Source: Collinsella sp.
Lineage (GTDB): Bacteria > Actinomycetota > Coriobacteriia > Coriobacteriales > Coriobacteriaceae
DNA: 64,000 nt
NCBI GenBank assembly: GCA_052281595.1
Contig: DAWBRY010000004.1
Span: 67,854 to 131,853 of the forward strand
Reading direction: 5' to 3'
A program made the translations under genes and the position numbers. Below are positions 45,955 through 56,162 of this stretch, piece after piece (within the stretch, counting starts at the first letter, position 1; the number at the start of each line of letters is the position of its first letter). The notes beneath the pieces were generated by a model. That model was given only the letters and a program-made list of their open reading frames with translations. It made no database searches and was not told the DNA's origin.

Positions 45955-47157
45955 ATGTCCGACCCGATCGCCGCGGCCGAAGCCGCCGGCAAAGCCCGCG
46001 ATATCGCCAACCGCTTCGAGACCGCCGTATTCCTCATCGCATACGGCATCGCCGAGAAGGACGGCCTCTACGAGGCCGACCCGCATAGGTATCCCTACAG
46101 CCAGGCATTCAGACACGGCATGAATATCCTCGCCGCGCTGTGCGCTGAGTGTTCCGACGATGCGGAAGAGCTGCTGCCGACGTTCAATGAGTCCGATTTC
46201 ATCAGGAACAGCGCAGCGTCAGACGTGCGCGAGTGGACGGCCCGGTGGCGCGACGAGTGCAGGGAAGCCGTCGAAGGGTGCCGGTCCATCGAGATCGGGC
46301 CCCTGGCGTCAGTAGACGGCGACTACTTCGCCGCGACGTCGGAATGCTACGAGGTGCTGCGCTTTGCGGAAAACGACCTCTTGGGCGGCCATCAGGAACG
46401 CAGGGTGTATGAATTCCTCCGAGCCGGCACCCAGGAGCAATACGTGTACGGACGCAGGATGCTCATCCGCCACCCGCTGCTCACCTGGAACGAATACGTC
46501 AGGATCAAGACGGGGCTCGCCCTGGGCGACCCCGACCCCCTCGACCAGGGCGAAGCCGACACCATCGACCCGGTGTGGTTGCAGGAATTCGTCTCCATGG
46601 CCTACGAACCCGTCCCGGGCGCCGCAAAAGTATGCCCGAATTGCGGCTGGACGATGACCATGCGAGGCAAGCAGCCCCACTGCTCATCGGCGACGTGCGC
46701 CAAGGCCGTCACAGGCGATTTCGACAAGCTGGACAGCGTCGCGCACGACGCCTTCCGCCTATCCCGCGGCGTCATGCACTACATCTCTTCCCCCGGAAAG
46801 CTCGAGCTGGCGATCGCCGAGGCCGCAGCGGGCCTCGGTCTGAAATACGAAATGTGGCCCCTCAAGGACACCTGCGACATCCTGATCCATCTGCCGGACG
46901 GCCGGCAGCTTGCCGTCGACGCCAAGGCATACGGCCGCGCCGAGCGGCTTGCCCGCGAGATAGAGGACGACACCGGCATCGCCCAGATGTGCGCGGACGA
47001 GGTGGCCTATGTCGTGCCGGACCAAGTCGAACGGGACCATCCCGGATATCGCGCGCTATGCAATGCCGTCCTGCGCGGCAAGACCGGCTATTCATGCGAA
47101 ACGCTGCGCAACTTCTCGAAACGACTCGATGCCGCCGCGAAGGGAGGCACGCGATGA
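45955..47157 (+). CDS. PD-(D/E)xK restriction-endonuclease-fold protein with an internal Zn ribbon. First gene of the candidate defence operon.
   Basis: RBS AAAGAGGTGG before ATG 45955. CPNCGWTMTMRGKQPHCSSATC (Zn ribbon). C-terminal …DILIHLPDGRQLAVDAKAY fits PD…D-x-K. Confidence 0.55.
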   Translation: MSDPIAAAEAAGKARDIANRFETAVFLIAYGIAEKDGLYEADPHRYPYSQAFRHGMNILAALCAECSDDAEELLPTFNESDFIRNSAASDVREWTARWRDECREAVEGCRSIEIGPLASVDGDYFAATSECYEVLRFAENDLLGGHQERRVYEFLRAGTQEQYVYGRRMLIRHPLLTWNEYVRIKTGLALGDPDPLDQGEADTIDPVWLQEFVSMAYEPVPGAAKVCPNCGWTMTMRGKQPHCSSATCAKAVTGDFDKLDSVAHDAFRLSRGVMHYISSPGKLELAIAEAAAGLGLKYEMWPLKDTCDILIHLPDGRQLAVDAKAYGRAERLAREIEDDTGIAQMCADEVAYVVPDQVERDHPGYRALCNAVLRGKTGYSCETLRNFSKRLDAAAKGGTR

Positions 47158-50100
47158 GCGAGCCGAATGATACAGCCCAGGAAGGCTTCGACCAGCTGAA
47201 GCGCAATCTCGAGGTGCGCTATCCCGAGGACAGCGACCTATCCCTCGACGAGTTCCTGAACGTGGAGTCGCTGCTCGCGCTCGCGGTACGCGTATGCGGT
47301 CCCGGCGCCGATCCCCGAAAGGCCGACAGGCTCCTATCGAACTACCAGCTCATCAGGCCCGAGACCATCGGCGCGGACGGCCACCTCATGCAGATGGCGC
47401 GCCGACACCTGTTCTCGCTGGCTTCATCTACGGCCTGGCGGCGACTGCTGGGCCTCTACGAGCGCGCGGAATATGAGCGGTACCGGTTCTTCGATATCGC
47501 CAACGGCGGAATGGCCCTGCGCGAGCACCCCTTTACCGGGATCGACCGCATGCCGATCTATATAGACCGCCTCCTCGGCGATGTCAAACCCTCCCATAAA
47601 AACGTGGTCGCGAGACCCAAAGGACGGTATTCCTACACATGCAAGCCCGAGGCGACCGGCGATACCACGGTAACCGGATCGATCCGTTGGGTGACCATAC
47701 CCGATGCCGTGCCGCCCCAAACGGGCAAGATTGACGATATCCCCCGCAAGAGCAGGCGCCCGCCCATCGATATCACCCTCGACGAGCTCATCTCGACCGC
47801 GGACGAAGTCGGGGAGAAGACCGGGAAGACCCACTACGCCGCCGTGCTCAGAAGGGTCAAGGACCAGGGGCTCCTCAAGCGGGCCCGCGGCGGCAGCACA
47901 TCCGTCGCTGACGGCCTGCGCCTCGATGAGGTCGTGAGCCTCGTCGGCCTCGTCGGCGCCGGCAAGTCCGTCCTCGCCAACATGCTCATCGTCTGCCTCG
48001 CGAAGCGCGGCCTGCGCGCGGCATCCCTGCTCAACTCGGTATCGGACGTGATGGAAAGCGTCGTCCTGCTTCGCGAGGCGGGAATCAGCGCCTCGCCCCT
48101 GGTGTCGCGCGGCAGGCGCATCGAACGGCTCGACGAGTTCTTCGACCACGATGACTCCATGCTCCTCGACCATTCCGCATCCAAATACCTGGAGACCGCC
48201 TGCATCATGGACGGGCTCTCCTCTTCCGATCCCGAGGCCTGCGGATACGGCAGCACGCCATGCCGCGGCCTCCGGTCCAAGAAGGGCGGCGCGAACTCAT
48301 GCCCGTACTGGAACGTGTGCCCATCGCAGGCCATGGCCCGCGAGTCCCTGACATCCGACGTCGTGGTCACGACTCCCACCGGCTTCGCCACCATGATCGT
48401 CGGAAGGGAGCGCAAGGCATTCTTCGAGGAGGCTCTTCAGCAGTTCGACGTCGTCCTGTTCGATGAGGCGGACCGCGTGCAGGCGCAGCTCGACGGCTGC
48501 TTCGCCCCGAGCATGAGCTTCCAGGAGCTCATCCGCAACGCCGCCGACCCGACAGCCGTAGCCATGAAGCGGCGCCCGGACGACAAGATGAGGGACTTCA
48601 ACGAGGAGCTTTTCTATGACCTGCGCCAGAAATCCGAGCCCGTCGCGAAGGCGCTGCTCAAATCCGTCAGGGACGACCGCGTGGCGAAATGGCGCATCGT
48701 CAAGGACGAGGCGTTCACGTCGCTCTCGCTTCTGAACGACCTCCTGGAGCAGGGCCTTCCCAAACAGGTTTACGAGGATGCCGACAAACTCATCAACCCC
48801 TATAGATTCGAGATTGCCAAGAAGAGCCTCGATGGCGGCGACGCGGCCCTCAACAAGCCCTCGCAGGCGGTCGCGACCTCCTGCGAGGGCATCGACGACG
48901 ACACCCACAGCTACTCGTTGAACGAATACCTCGCTGCATGCGGATGCTCGGAGCTTCCCGACGAGCTGCGGACCAGGTTCTCCTTCGCCCTCAAGGTCAT
49001 CCGGTTCGACTCGTACCTGCGCGAACTCGCCTCCGCGCAGGACCTCCTCAGCTTCAAGGACGATTCCGTCGACGAGCTGTACAACTTCCTCAAGTTCAGC
49101 TACACGCGCCAGCAGCACTATCTCCCCAACTCGCTGATCGGCAACATCTTCGGGATGAAGCTCGACGGCAACGACCTCAGGCTTTTCCGGCAGTTCGCCT
49201 TCGGGCGGGCCTTCATGTGCTCGCTGCCCTGGCTCGATACCGACCCCGCCGGGGCGGCGCTGGGGCCGCACGTGCTCCTGCTCTCCGGTTCGAGCTGGGA
49301 GCCCGGCTGCCTGCAATACCACGTGAACAGGCCGGTCGACTACCTCCTCGAGGCGGAGCCGTGGAAGGCGGCCAAGCTCTCCACCTCGACCGTGAGGGAC
49401 CTCGGCATCGAGCAGAACGTGTCCGGCAGCGCCGCCGAGATGCGTTCCGGCAACCTCGGCATCGTCCTATCGCAGACCATGGCCACGCTGAGGGACGAAC
49501 TCGACGCGGATGGCGCGGGAAAGGCCCTGGTCATCGTGAACAGCTACCGGGAGGCCGAGGACGCACGCGACCGCATCGAGCAAGAGCTCCGACGCAAGGG
49601 CCAGGCAATCAAGGTCGCGGCCCTGGTGCGCAACAACCACGACCACAGGGAGCACTTCGTGCCCCGGAGCGAAGTCTACAAGTTCTGCGACCATCCGGCC
49701 AAAGTGCTCGTGGCGCCGGCCATGGCCATCGAGCGCGGCTTCAATATCGTCGACCGCGGCGGCCATGCCGTGTTCACGAGCCTCATCTTCTCGGTGCGGC
49801 CGATGGGCACACCGCACGACCTCGGCGGGCGATACCGCAAGCTCAACGGCCTCATCGAAAGGGAGGTCGGCGACTACCCGGCCAATCCCGGGGAGTTCGC
49901 GACCGAGGTCAGGGCCTCCGCCTGGCGCACATGGAAGACCATGGAGCGGGACGAGAACCTTCCCATGGGCGCATGGAGGACCATGGGCAGGCAATTCCTC
50001 GTAGACGACGCGATCTCCACGCTCATGGTCACGATCATCCAGATATTCGGACGCCTGGCGAGGCTTGCCGATAAGGAGAGGCCCGCGCCGCATGTCTATT

Positions 50101-50276
50101 TCGCCGATGCGGCCTTCCGCGGCGGCGACGGGAAGCTCTCGTTCAGGACCCTGGAAGAGCTCGGCGCCTACATGGAACGCCTCATGCACGATAGCGACCA
50201 GCCGGAGGTCGCCAAAGCCCTCTACGGGCCGTTCTACGAGTCGTTCAGGAAAGGAATCGGAAATGTCGGACTCTAA
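47154..50276 (+). CDS. DinG/XPD-family Fe-S SF2 DNA helicase.
   Basis: Walker A GLVGAGKSV. Four-Cys Fe-S insert EACGYGSTPCRG…NSCPYWNVCPSQ. DEAD/H box VLFDEADRV. ATGA overlap with the upstream gene. Confidence 0.7.
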   Translation: MSEPNDTAQEGFDQLKRNLEVRYPEDSDLSLDEFLNVESLLALAVRVCGPGADPRKADRLLSNYQLIRPETIGADGHLMQMARRHLFSLASSTAWRRLLGLYERAEYERYRFFDIANGGMALREHPFTGIDRMPIYIDRLLGDVKPSHKNVVARPKGRYSYTCKPEATGDTTVTGSIRWVTIPDAVPPQTGKIDDIPRKSRRPPIDITLDELISTADEVGEKTGKTHYAAVLRRVKDQGLLKRARGGSTSVADGLRLDEVVSLVGLVGAGKSVLANMLIVCLAKRGLRAASLLNSVSDVMESVVLLREAGISASPLVSRGRRIERLDEFFDHDDSMLLDHSASKYLETACIMDGLSSSDPEACGYGSTPCRGLRSKKGGANSCPYWNVCPSQAMARESLTSDVVVTTPTGFATMIVGRERKAFFEEALQQFDVVLFDEADRVQAQLDGCFAPSMSFQELIRNAADPTAVAMKRRPDDKMRDFNEELFYDLRQKSEPVAKALLKSVRDDRVAKWRIVKDEAFTSLSLLNDLLEQGLPKQVYEDADKLINPYRFEIAKKSLDGGDAALNKPSQAVATSCEGIDDDTHSYSLNEYLAACGCSELPDELRTRFSFALKVIRFDSYLRELASAQDLLSFKDDSVDELYNFLKFSYTRQQHYLPNSLIGNIFGMKLDGNDLRLFRQFAFGRAFMCSLPWLDTDPAGAALGPHVLLLSGSSWEPGCLQYHVNRPVDYLLEAEPWKAAKLSTSTVRDLGIEQNVSGSAAEMRSGNLGIVLSQTMATLRDELDADGAGKALVIVNSYREAEDARDRIEQELRRKGQAIKVAALVRNNHDHREHFVPRSEVYKFCDHPAKVLVAPAMAIERGFNIVDRGGHAVFTSLIFSVRPMGTPHDLGGRYRKLNGLIEREVGDYPANPGEFATEVRASAWRTWKTMERDENLPMGAWRTMGRQFLVDDAISTLMVTIIQIFGRLARLADKERPAPHVYFADAAFRGGDGKLSFRTLEELGAYMERLMHDSDQPEVAKALYGPFYESFRKGIGNVGL

Positions 50277-52788
50277 GCTGCACCTCATGTCATTCGCACC
50301 CGTCCCCGACACCAAGACGACCGTGCACGTCGTCGGCTTGCCCGACAGCCTGCGCGACGCCCTCTTCACGCTCATGCCCCCGAGGAAAGAGGGCGGCTAC
50401 CTCAACACCAAAGTCCTCAAGGACGACCTGCGCTGCTGGCTCGACCGGGCCGTCGAGCTGAATCCCGTACGCCCCAACGTGCATACCGACAGCTGGCTTA
50501 TCGCCCTCGCCCCCATTGATCTCGCGAAGCTATGCAACGTCATCGCGGTCTGGATCTCCTCCCGCAAGGACATCGATACCCAATCCCCCGCCTACCGCAA
50601 GGTGATGGGGATGCTGCACCCCGAGACGTTCGAAGAGGCCGTGCGTGGCGAAGAGATCCGCCTGTTCAGCGGCGACGGCCGTCCCACGGGCAGGCTCACC
50701 TTCCCCGCATTCTCCGCGCAAGTCGCCGACGCCATCGCCGACATCCCCCTCGAACTCGCCAACGGCATGGTCGAGAACTTCAGCAGAGTCTCACGCGGAA
50801 ACGGAAACGTCTACGAGCTGATTTCCGATATCCACTGGCACAAGGAGGACCCGTGGGCGTTCGCCCTCAGATTCCACGTCGAGTCGCTGCCGGTCGGCCG
50901 CAAGGCAAGGCTCAACATGGATGTCGCCGTCCGCCGCTTCATCGGCAAGCCATGGCAGGACGACCCGTTCCTCAAACACGATGTCAACGCCTACGTCCGC
51001 ACGGAAGGCGGCACGCTCCGCGTCGTCCCCTACGGCTACGACAAACAGAAGCGCGACTTGGCCTGGGACCCCGCGGCCCTGGCGAACTACGAGTTCGCCA
51101 GCGGGACCGGATTGCCCGCAGTCCGCGAGTATCTTGAGGACATGGGCAGGTACGCCCGCGACGGCTCGCAGCCGCAGATCCTATCCCCCTACGCGATGAC
51201 CGCCTCCTGGGCATCGAAGCCTTCGGTCGCAAGCGGGGCATCCGTCATCGACAAGGCCATGTTCTTCGAGGCCGTCGCGGCTCGGCTCAAAGATATCGCG
51301 GAGCCCGTCGGTGCGCTCGACTCGCTTCAACTGACCCATCTCAAGGCGTCCATAGAGGAACCCAGGCAGGCGGATTGGGACAAGGACCCCGTCAGCGCAC
51401 GGGCGAGACAGGAGACCTGGGGCCGGGCCAACCGCGCCAGACTCGCCCGCTGCACCGGCAGGGACAGGGCCGTATTCCAGCTGATCGGCAACCAGGACGA
51501 TGCCCGACTCCTCGATATGGCAAGGGCCGAGATCTCCCGCTTTCTCGGTGGGGAGGGGGCCGTCGACGGCTTCGAGGTCGAGATCGATAACATCCCGGCG
51601 AACGACCTCCTGAACCGCATGGAGAATACCGGCGACAGCCAGGCGAAGATCCGCTGGCGCAAAGTCGCCGCCGCGCTTCCCGAGGCGACCGACCCGACCG
51701 CGTGCATAGTGGTCCTGCCGGGCGCCGAGAGCTACAAGCCCAAGGGCAAAGACGACGGCGGAGACCCCAAGCGCGCCCTGCGCATCGCGTTCGCGAAAAC
51801 CGGGCGCCTGACCCAATTCATCGAACCCGAGGACTCGAAGGACAGTCCCGAGATCCGCGCGCGCGTCGCCGTCCGCGACCTCATGCGCCAGCTCGGTTTC
51901 GTACCCGAACCGGCACGCAATTCGCGCGGCATCGATACCTCGATCCCGGCGATAGGGTTGAAGGTCTACAACTCCGGCAACGGCAAAGCGCGGGCGAGCT
52001 TCCCCTATTGCGTCCGACAGGACATGAGAAGCGGTGCCGTCACCGTGCACTGCCCCCTCCTACCTGACGGAAGCCTACCGTACTGGCGCGCCCTCATCGA
52101 GTTCGCCCGGCTGAGCGGTTCCGAGGGCTTTCCGGACTCCTGCAAGCGGGCGAACGGAATGGCCCTGAAGAGGATGCTCCACGGCATAGTCCGCGCCACC
52201 GGCGACAGGCCGGAACTCCTCCTCGTCAACTCCTACGGCCGCATCCGCCAGAGAGACTGGTGGCCCGGCATCAGCGACTCCGGCCTCGAGTCGGGACCTT
52301 TGAGCTACGGACCGAACGGTTATGAGGAGCCGCTTGGCCTCGCGGGCAGCAAGCTGCGCATCCTGCGTATACGCTCCGGTCTCAACGGCGAGGTCCCCGA
52401 CTGGTTCACGGACGAGGTGGCCGCGGGCGGCGCAGACGACGGCACCGTGCCGAACAGGCGCGACAAGCAGGGACTCTTCAAGATGGACGGCTACTTCCTC
52501 GCGTTGGCCCCGCGACCGGGCGACGCCCAGTACAAATGGTCCGCACGCGGATCGAAGTACGATTCGCCCACCGCGGCGTTCTGCGAGAAGACGATCAACG
52601 AGTACTGCCTTCTGTCGCCCGGTGGTGAGGCCGAGGCGCTTGCCAGCGTCAAATACGCCGAGGCCCTGCGCGGCTGCATGGTGCAGCTCTACAAGAACGA
52701 TATGAGAGTGAACCTTCCCGCCCCGCTCCATCTCGCCGAGCAGGTCGAGGAGTATATCTGGGACTGGGAGCTCACCGGCAGACGGTAG
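50263..52788 (+). CDS. Large (842-aa) uncharacterised protein, third gene of the operon. Candidate pPIWI-RE-like effector (hypothesis).
   Basis: Overlaps the helicase stop. No motif I can assign confidently from sequence alone. Confidence 0.5.
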   Translation: MSDSKLHLMSFAPVPDTKTTVHVVGLPDSLRDALFTLMPPRKEGGYLNTKVLKDDLRCWLDRAVELNPVRPNVHTDSWLIALAPIDLAKLCNVIAVWISSRKDIDTQSPAYRKVMGMLHPETFEEAVRGEEIRLFSGDGRPTGRLTFPAFSAQVADAIADIPLELANGMVENFSRVSRGNGNVYELISDIHWHKEDPWAFALRFHVESLPVGRKARLNMDVAVRRFIGKPWQDDPFLKHDVNAYVRTEGGTLRVVPYGYDKQKRDLAWDPAALANYEFASGTGLPAVREYLEDMGRYARDGSQPQILSPYAMTASWASKPSVASGASVIDKAMFFEAVAARLKDIAEPVGALDSLQLTHLKASIEEPRQADWDKDPVSARARQETWGRANRARLARCTGRDRAVFQLIGNQDDARLLDMARAEISRFLGGEGAVDGFEVEIDNIPANDLLNRMENTGDSQAKIRWRKVAAALPEATDPTACIVVLPGAESYKPKGKDDGGDPKRALRIAFAKTGRLTQFIEPEDSKDSPEIRARVAVRDLMRQLGFVPEPARNSRGIDTSIPAIGLKVYNSGNGKARASFPYCVRQDMRSGAVTVHCPLLPDGSLPYWRALIEFARLSGSEGFPDSCKRANGMALKRMLHGIVRATGDRPELLLVNSYGRIRQRDWWPGISDSGLESGPLSYGPNGYEEPLGLAGSKLRILRIRSGLNGEVPDWFTDEVAAGGADDGTVPNRRDKQGLFKMDGYFLALAPRPGDAQYKWSARGSKYDSPTAAFCEKTINEYCLLSPGGEAEALASVKYAEALRGCMVQLYKNDMRVNLPAPLHLAEQVEEYIWDWELTGRR

Positions 52789-52851
52789 CGATCCGCCCGC
52801 GAAAATGAAATGGGGAGGCCGGGAGATTCGGCCTTCCTATTTCCGTTGTCG

Positions 52852-54696
52852 CTACCGCTTATTCGCCTTGCGTGTATTTCGGGTGCGACCGGCGGACTCT
52901 TTCGCCGAGCCCTTCCGCTTCCCAGGACGAGAGTCGGACGGGCTCGGCTGACGACGAGCGGAGCCCAAGTCGAAGCCGGAGTTTTTCGCAATCCTCGCCT
53001 CAATCTCGGAGCGCCGGATGCCGAGCTCCGATGTGCGGACACGATAACCGCCCTCCTTGCGGACGACATAGAGCTCATGTGGGCCGCAGTCCCAATCGAG
53101 TACGTACCCGGCAAGGAGCATCTTGGCATCCAGATGGTCCTTGGACATCGCGCCGGAGAGCGCAGCCTTGAGGGCGAAGGTGGCCCGAGTCACGATATCC
53201 GCCCGGATCTTCTCCTCGAGGGTTCGAGCCGGCCTTTCGGTCCCCGGTTCAGGGGTACCTCCCTTGCTGTTCTCCAGGGCGCCTTCCAGGGCGGGAGGCG
53301 TGGGGGCGTCGGGGTCCCTGCCGTCCATGAGGTCTCGGATGTAGGCGCGAACCTGCGACTCGAAGCGGCGCGGGCACTCGATCTGGACCGGCTCCTCCAT
53401 CCTGCGCTCGAGGGAATCGTAGAACTCCACGACCTCGCGGCTGGCGATCAGGCGGTTCGGCTCGATCTTGGGGAACACGGTGAGGCCGGCGGCGGAGCGC
53501 ACGCGGGACAGGCCGACGTACAGCTGGCCCTCGGCGAAGACCTTCGTGTGGACGCAGCAGGCGTCGAACGTCAGGCCCTGCGACTTGTGGATGGTGATGG
53601 CGTAGGCGAGCTTGAGCGGGATCTGGGTATAGGTTCCCACGACGGCGGTCATGACCCTGTTGACGGGCCTGCCCTCATCGTCCATCTCGACGACGGCCTC
53701 GGACTTGTTGATCTCCCATCTGTGCCGCTCGATGCGGACCTTCTCGTCCGCCCCGTCGAACTTGACCGTCACGGCGTCCGCGGACGCGTCGGTGACGGTG
53801 CCCTGCGTGCCGTTGACGTAACCCTCCTGAGGGCTGTTCACGAGCGACATCACGCGGGCGCCGCGGCACAGGACGATCCTCTCCGGCGCCATCTTGTCGC
53901 CGTTTGACGCCGTGCCGGTCGCGGCGGCCGCGAACTCGACCTTCGGTGCGTCGAGCGCGTCGACGTTCTCGCGGTTGATCGAATCGGCGATGCGGTTGTT
54001 GGCGCACAGCACCAGCGTGTCCTTCGGCAAGTAGGCGCGGGAGCTCTTCGAGTGCGCGTTGAAGTAATCGAGGCACGACGCGTCGCCGACGCGGGCGCGG
54101 TTCAGGTTGTCGATGAAATCGGGGTCGGATTGGCGCACGACCGTCTTGAGGACGTGAGGCTCGAAATCGAAGCCGGTCCAGTACCTCGACTTGAAGCACC
54201 AGCCCTGGAGGTTTCCGGGATAGAACTTCATCAGCAGCGCGGAGTCGCGTTCGGTCACGACCGGCGGCAGCTGGAAGAAATCGCCGACGAGGACCACCTG
54301 CTTCGCGCCGTTGCGCGTCATGGACTGGGAGATCATCCCCATCACGTGGTCGAACAGGTCGATGCGGCACATCGAGATCTCGTCGATGATGATTACCTTC
54401 GCGGCGTCGAGCACCTTGCGGGACCCCTTGGGGCCATCGGGGGCGCAGACCCCCGGCGCGATTTTCAGCGTGCGGTGGATCGTCGAGCCGTCCGTGAGGT
54501 TCAGCGCGGCGATGCCGGTGGGCGCCAGGGCGAGGAAATCGACGTTGCGCGCCTTCAGATCCGATATGAAGGCGTTGAGCACGTAGCTCTTGCCCGTGCC
54601 GGCGTTGCCCGAGAGGGACACGTTCCTCCCGTCCCTCAGCGCGCTCAGCGCCTCGGCCTGTTCCGGTGTAAAGCGGTCACCGTCTGCCATTTCCAT
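52852..54696 (-). CDS. PIF1/RecD-family SF1 DNA helicase with a basic disordered C-terminal tail.
   Basis: SGNAGTGKSYVLNA (Walker A), IIIDEISMC (Walker B) and VLVGDFFQLPPV (motif III). 614 aa. Confidence 0.8.
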   Translation of the reverse strand: MEMADGDRFTPEQAEALSALRDGRNVSLSGNAGTGKSYVLNAFISDLKARNVDFLALAPTGIAALNLTDGSTIHRTLKIAPGVCAPDGPKGSRKVLDAAKVIIIDEISMCRIDLFDHVMGMISQSMTRNGAKQVVLVGDFFQLPPVVTERDSALLMKFYPGNLQGWCFKSRYWTGFDFEPHVLKTVVRQSDPDFIDNLNRARVGDASCLDYFNAHSKSSRAYLPKDTLVLCANNRIADSINRENVDALDAPKVEFAAAATGTASNGDKMAPERIVLCRGARVMSLVNSPQEGYVNGTQGTVTDASADAVTVKFDGADEKVRIERHRWEINKSEAVVEMDDEGRPVNRVMTAVVGTYTQIPLKLAYAITIHKSQGLTFDACCVHTKVFAEGQLYVGLSRVRSAAGLTVFPKIEPNRLIASREVVEFYDSLERRMEEPVQIECPRRFESQVRAYIRDLMDGRDPDAPTPPALEGALENSKGGTPEPGTERPARTLEEKIRADIVTRATFALKAALSGAMSKDHLDAKMLLAGYVLDWDCGPHELYVVRKEGGYRVRTSELGIRRSEIEARIAKNSGFDLGSARRQPSPSDSRPGKRKGSAKESAGRTRNTRKANKR

Positions 54697-54994
54697 ATCC
54701 CGTCATCCGTTCGACCAGTAACAGGGAATTGATACCCGCGCAAGCGAAAAAATATACGCTGAACGGGGGTTTTGCAGAAACTATAGGAAGTTTTTGAAGG
54801 CGGGGCGGATATGCTTCCGCGCATTTCCCCGCGCGCCCGTATACCCCGATGCGCAGACGGGTACGATAGCCTCAGAATGATGTGGGTCCCGCGCAGCCGA
54901 ACGGCTTGTCTTTCCCATGCGGGCATCGCGGATTTCTTTCATGGGTGGGACTTCGGTCCGAGAACAGGCCGCGATCTCGTAAGGGGTCGCGGCC

Positions 54995-55135
54995 TGTTCA
55001 TCTGTGCGTCTATGTCTTTATGCGTGCGCGCATATGTGCAATGGTGCTGGTGTGTATATATGCGTGTGCGCGTATGTGCCTCGGCGTATGTATGCCGATG
55101 TGCGGATACGCATCCGGACAGATGTGCCGGTGATC
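54995..55135. repeat. ATGCG/TGTGCG-rich repeat, copy 5, 5' of the helicase.
   Basis: tgtgcgtctatgtctttatgcgtgcgcgcatatgtgcaatggtgctggtgtgtatatatgcgtgtgcgcgtatgtgcc…. Confidence 0.55.
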
Positions 55136-55635
55136 TATACGGGAAAACCGGCGCCGGTCTCGCATGAGCTCTTCCGCCTCAGCATCGCCCATATCAGCTC
55201 GATTGCCGGGGCGACGCGCACCTGCCGGAATTCGGAAGTGTCGTAGCGCTTCCGCAGGGCGCCGCGGGCGTCGGGCGAGTACACGGCCGCCCCCTTGGGC
55301 AGCATACCTTTGGAAGCCAGCGAGTCGGCGAGCTCGAGCGGGCACACCAGCCAGTTCTCATCGCCCTCGAACGTCCTGCCGTGGCCGCTCGTGAAATCGT
55401 CCATACACGACTTGACCTCGACGAACGTGAAGGTGCCGGACTCGAGCTCGGCGGCGGTCGCGTGGTTCGACGATCGGTCACGCGGACGATGCGGCCTGTA
55501 GGCCACGAAATCGACCCGGCGGGCGTCATCGACCCAGACCTCGCTCGCGACCAGGGCGTTCTCGCGGCACAGCCTCGCCCATACCTTCTCGGAAAGCTCG
55601 GCGGTCACCTCGCCGCGGTTTCGTTTCCCCTCCAT
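55135..55635 (-). CDS. PD-(D/E)xK nuclease-fold protein (VRR-NUC/MmcB-like).
   Basis: RBS AAGGGGAG before ATG 55635. …RRVDFVAYRP…TFTFVEVKSCMDDF (D…EVK). Confidence 0.5.
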   Translation of the reverse strand: MEGKRNRGEVTAELSEKVWARLCRENALVASEVWVDDARRVDFVAYRPHRPRDRSSNHATAAELESGTFTFVEVKSCMDDFTSGHGRTFEGDENWLVCPLELADSLASKGMLPKGAAVYSPDARGALRKRYDTSEFRQVRVAPAIELIWAMLRRKSSCETGAGFPV

Positions 55636-55784
55636 GGGGCACACTCCCCTTCGATGTAAAAAGCCGCCCGACGGTCTGCGCGACGTGCGGGCGGCCCGCC
55701 CCGGTACTACTCCTCGGAACCCTCCGGCTTGCGGGGCCGGAGGGGCACCGGCTTGATGGTCGACAGGTCCATATGCCTGCGAGC

Positions 55785-56162
55785 CTAGAAGAATATAAGC
55801 CAGATCGTACCCAAGAGCAGGGAGACATATCCCACAGCGGTCACGAGGAAGTCTATGAAGGCGAGGGCCGCGGCAGTATCGACCCGGATGCCACAGGGGG
55901 CCAAGTTCGATGCGAACCCATGCAGGGGATACATGGCACAGATGAGGCATATCGATTCGAGACCTGCCGCCAACAGGGGATTCACCCCCGCCAGCTCCCT
56001 CGGATAGAACAAGCCCATCAGGACGGAATCCGCCACCAGCGCCGCCCAAATCAGGAACACGCCGACCTTAAATGCCTTGGTGTCCTCGACCAATGCCAGG
56101 GGCATCATGCAGCCGAAGAAATCGAGCAGCAAGGCCGAGGCGATCAGCGGGACGACCATCAC
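55785..56162 (-). CDS. Polytopic small membrane protein downstream of flotillin.
   Basis: 125 aa, ≥3 hydrophobic helices. Start overlaps the flotillin stop. Confidence 0.5.
   Translation of the reverse strand: MMVVPLIASALLLDFFGCMMPLALVEDTKAFKVGVFLIWAALVADSVLMGLFYPRELAGVNPLLAAGLESICLICAMYPLHGFASNLAPCGIRVDTAAALAFIDFLVTAVGYVSLLLGTIWLIFF

Noticed and set aside
52810-53907. 365-aa plus-strand ORF. The same applies to 48297..49322, 49467..50375 and 47424..48173 on the minus strand.
   Set aside because: These are opposite-strand shadows of the SF1 helicase and of the DinG-like helicase.
54882-55133. Cys/Met/Tyr-rich short ORFs inside the ATGCG repeats (54882..55133, 58005..58400, 58219..58830, 58277..58624, 60015..60290, 63253..63489)
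   Set aside because: They translate the low-complexity repeat elements. There is no RBS, and the repeats recur as non-coding promoter-proximal elements.
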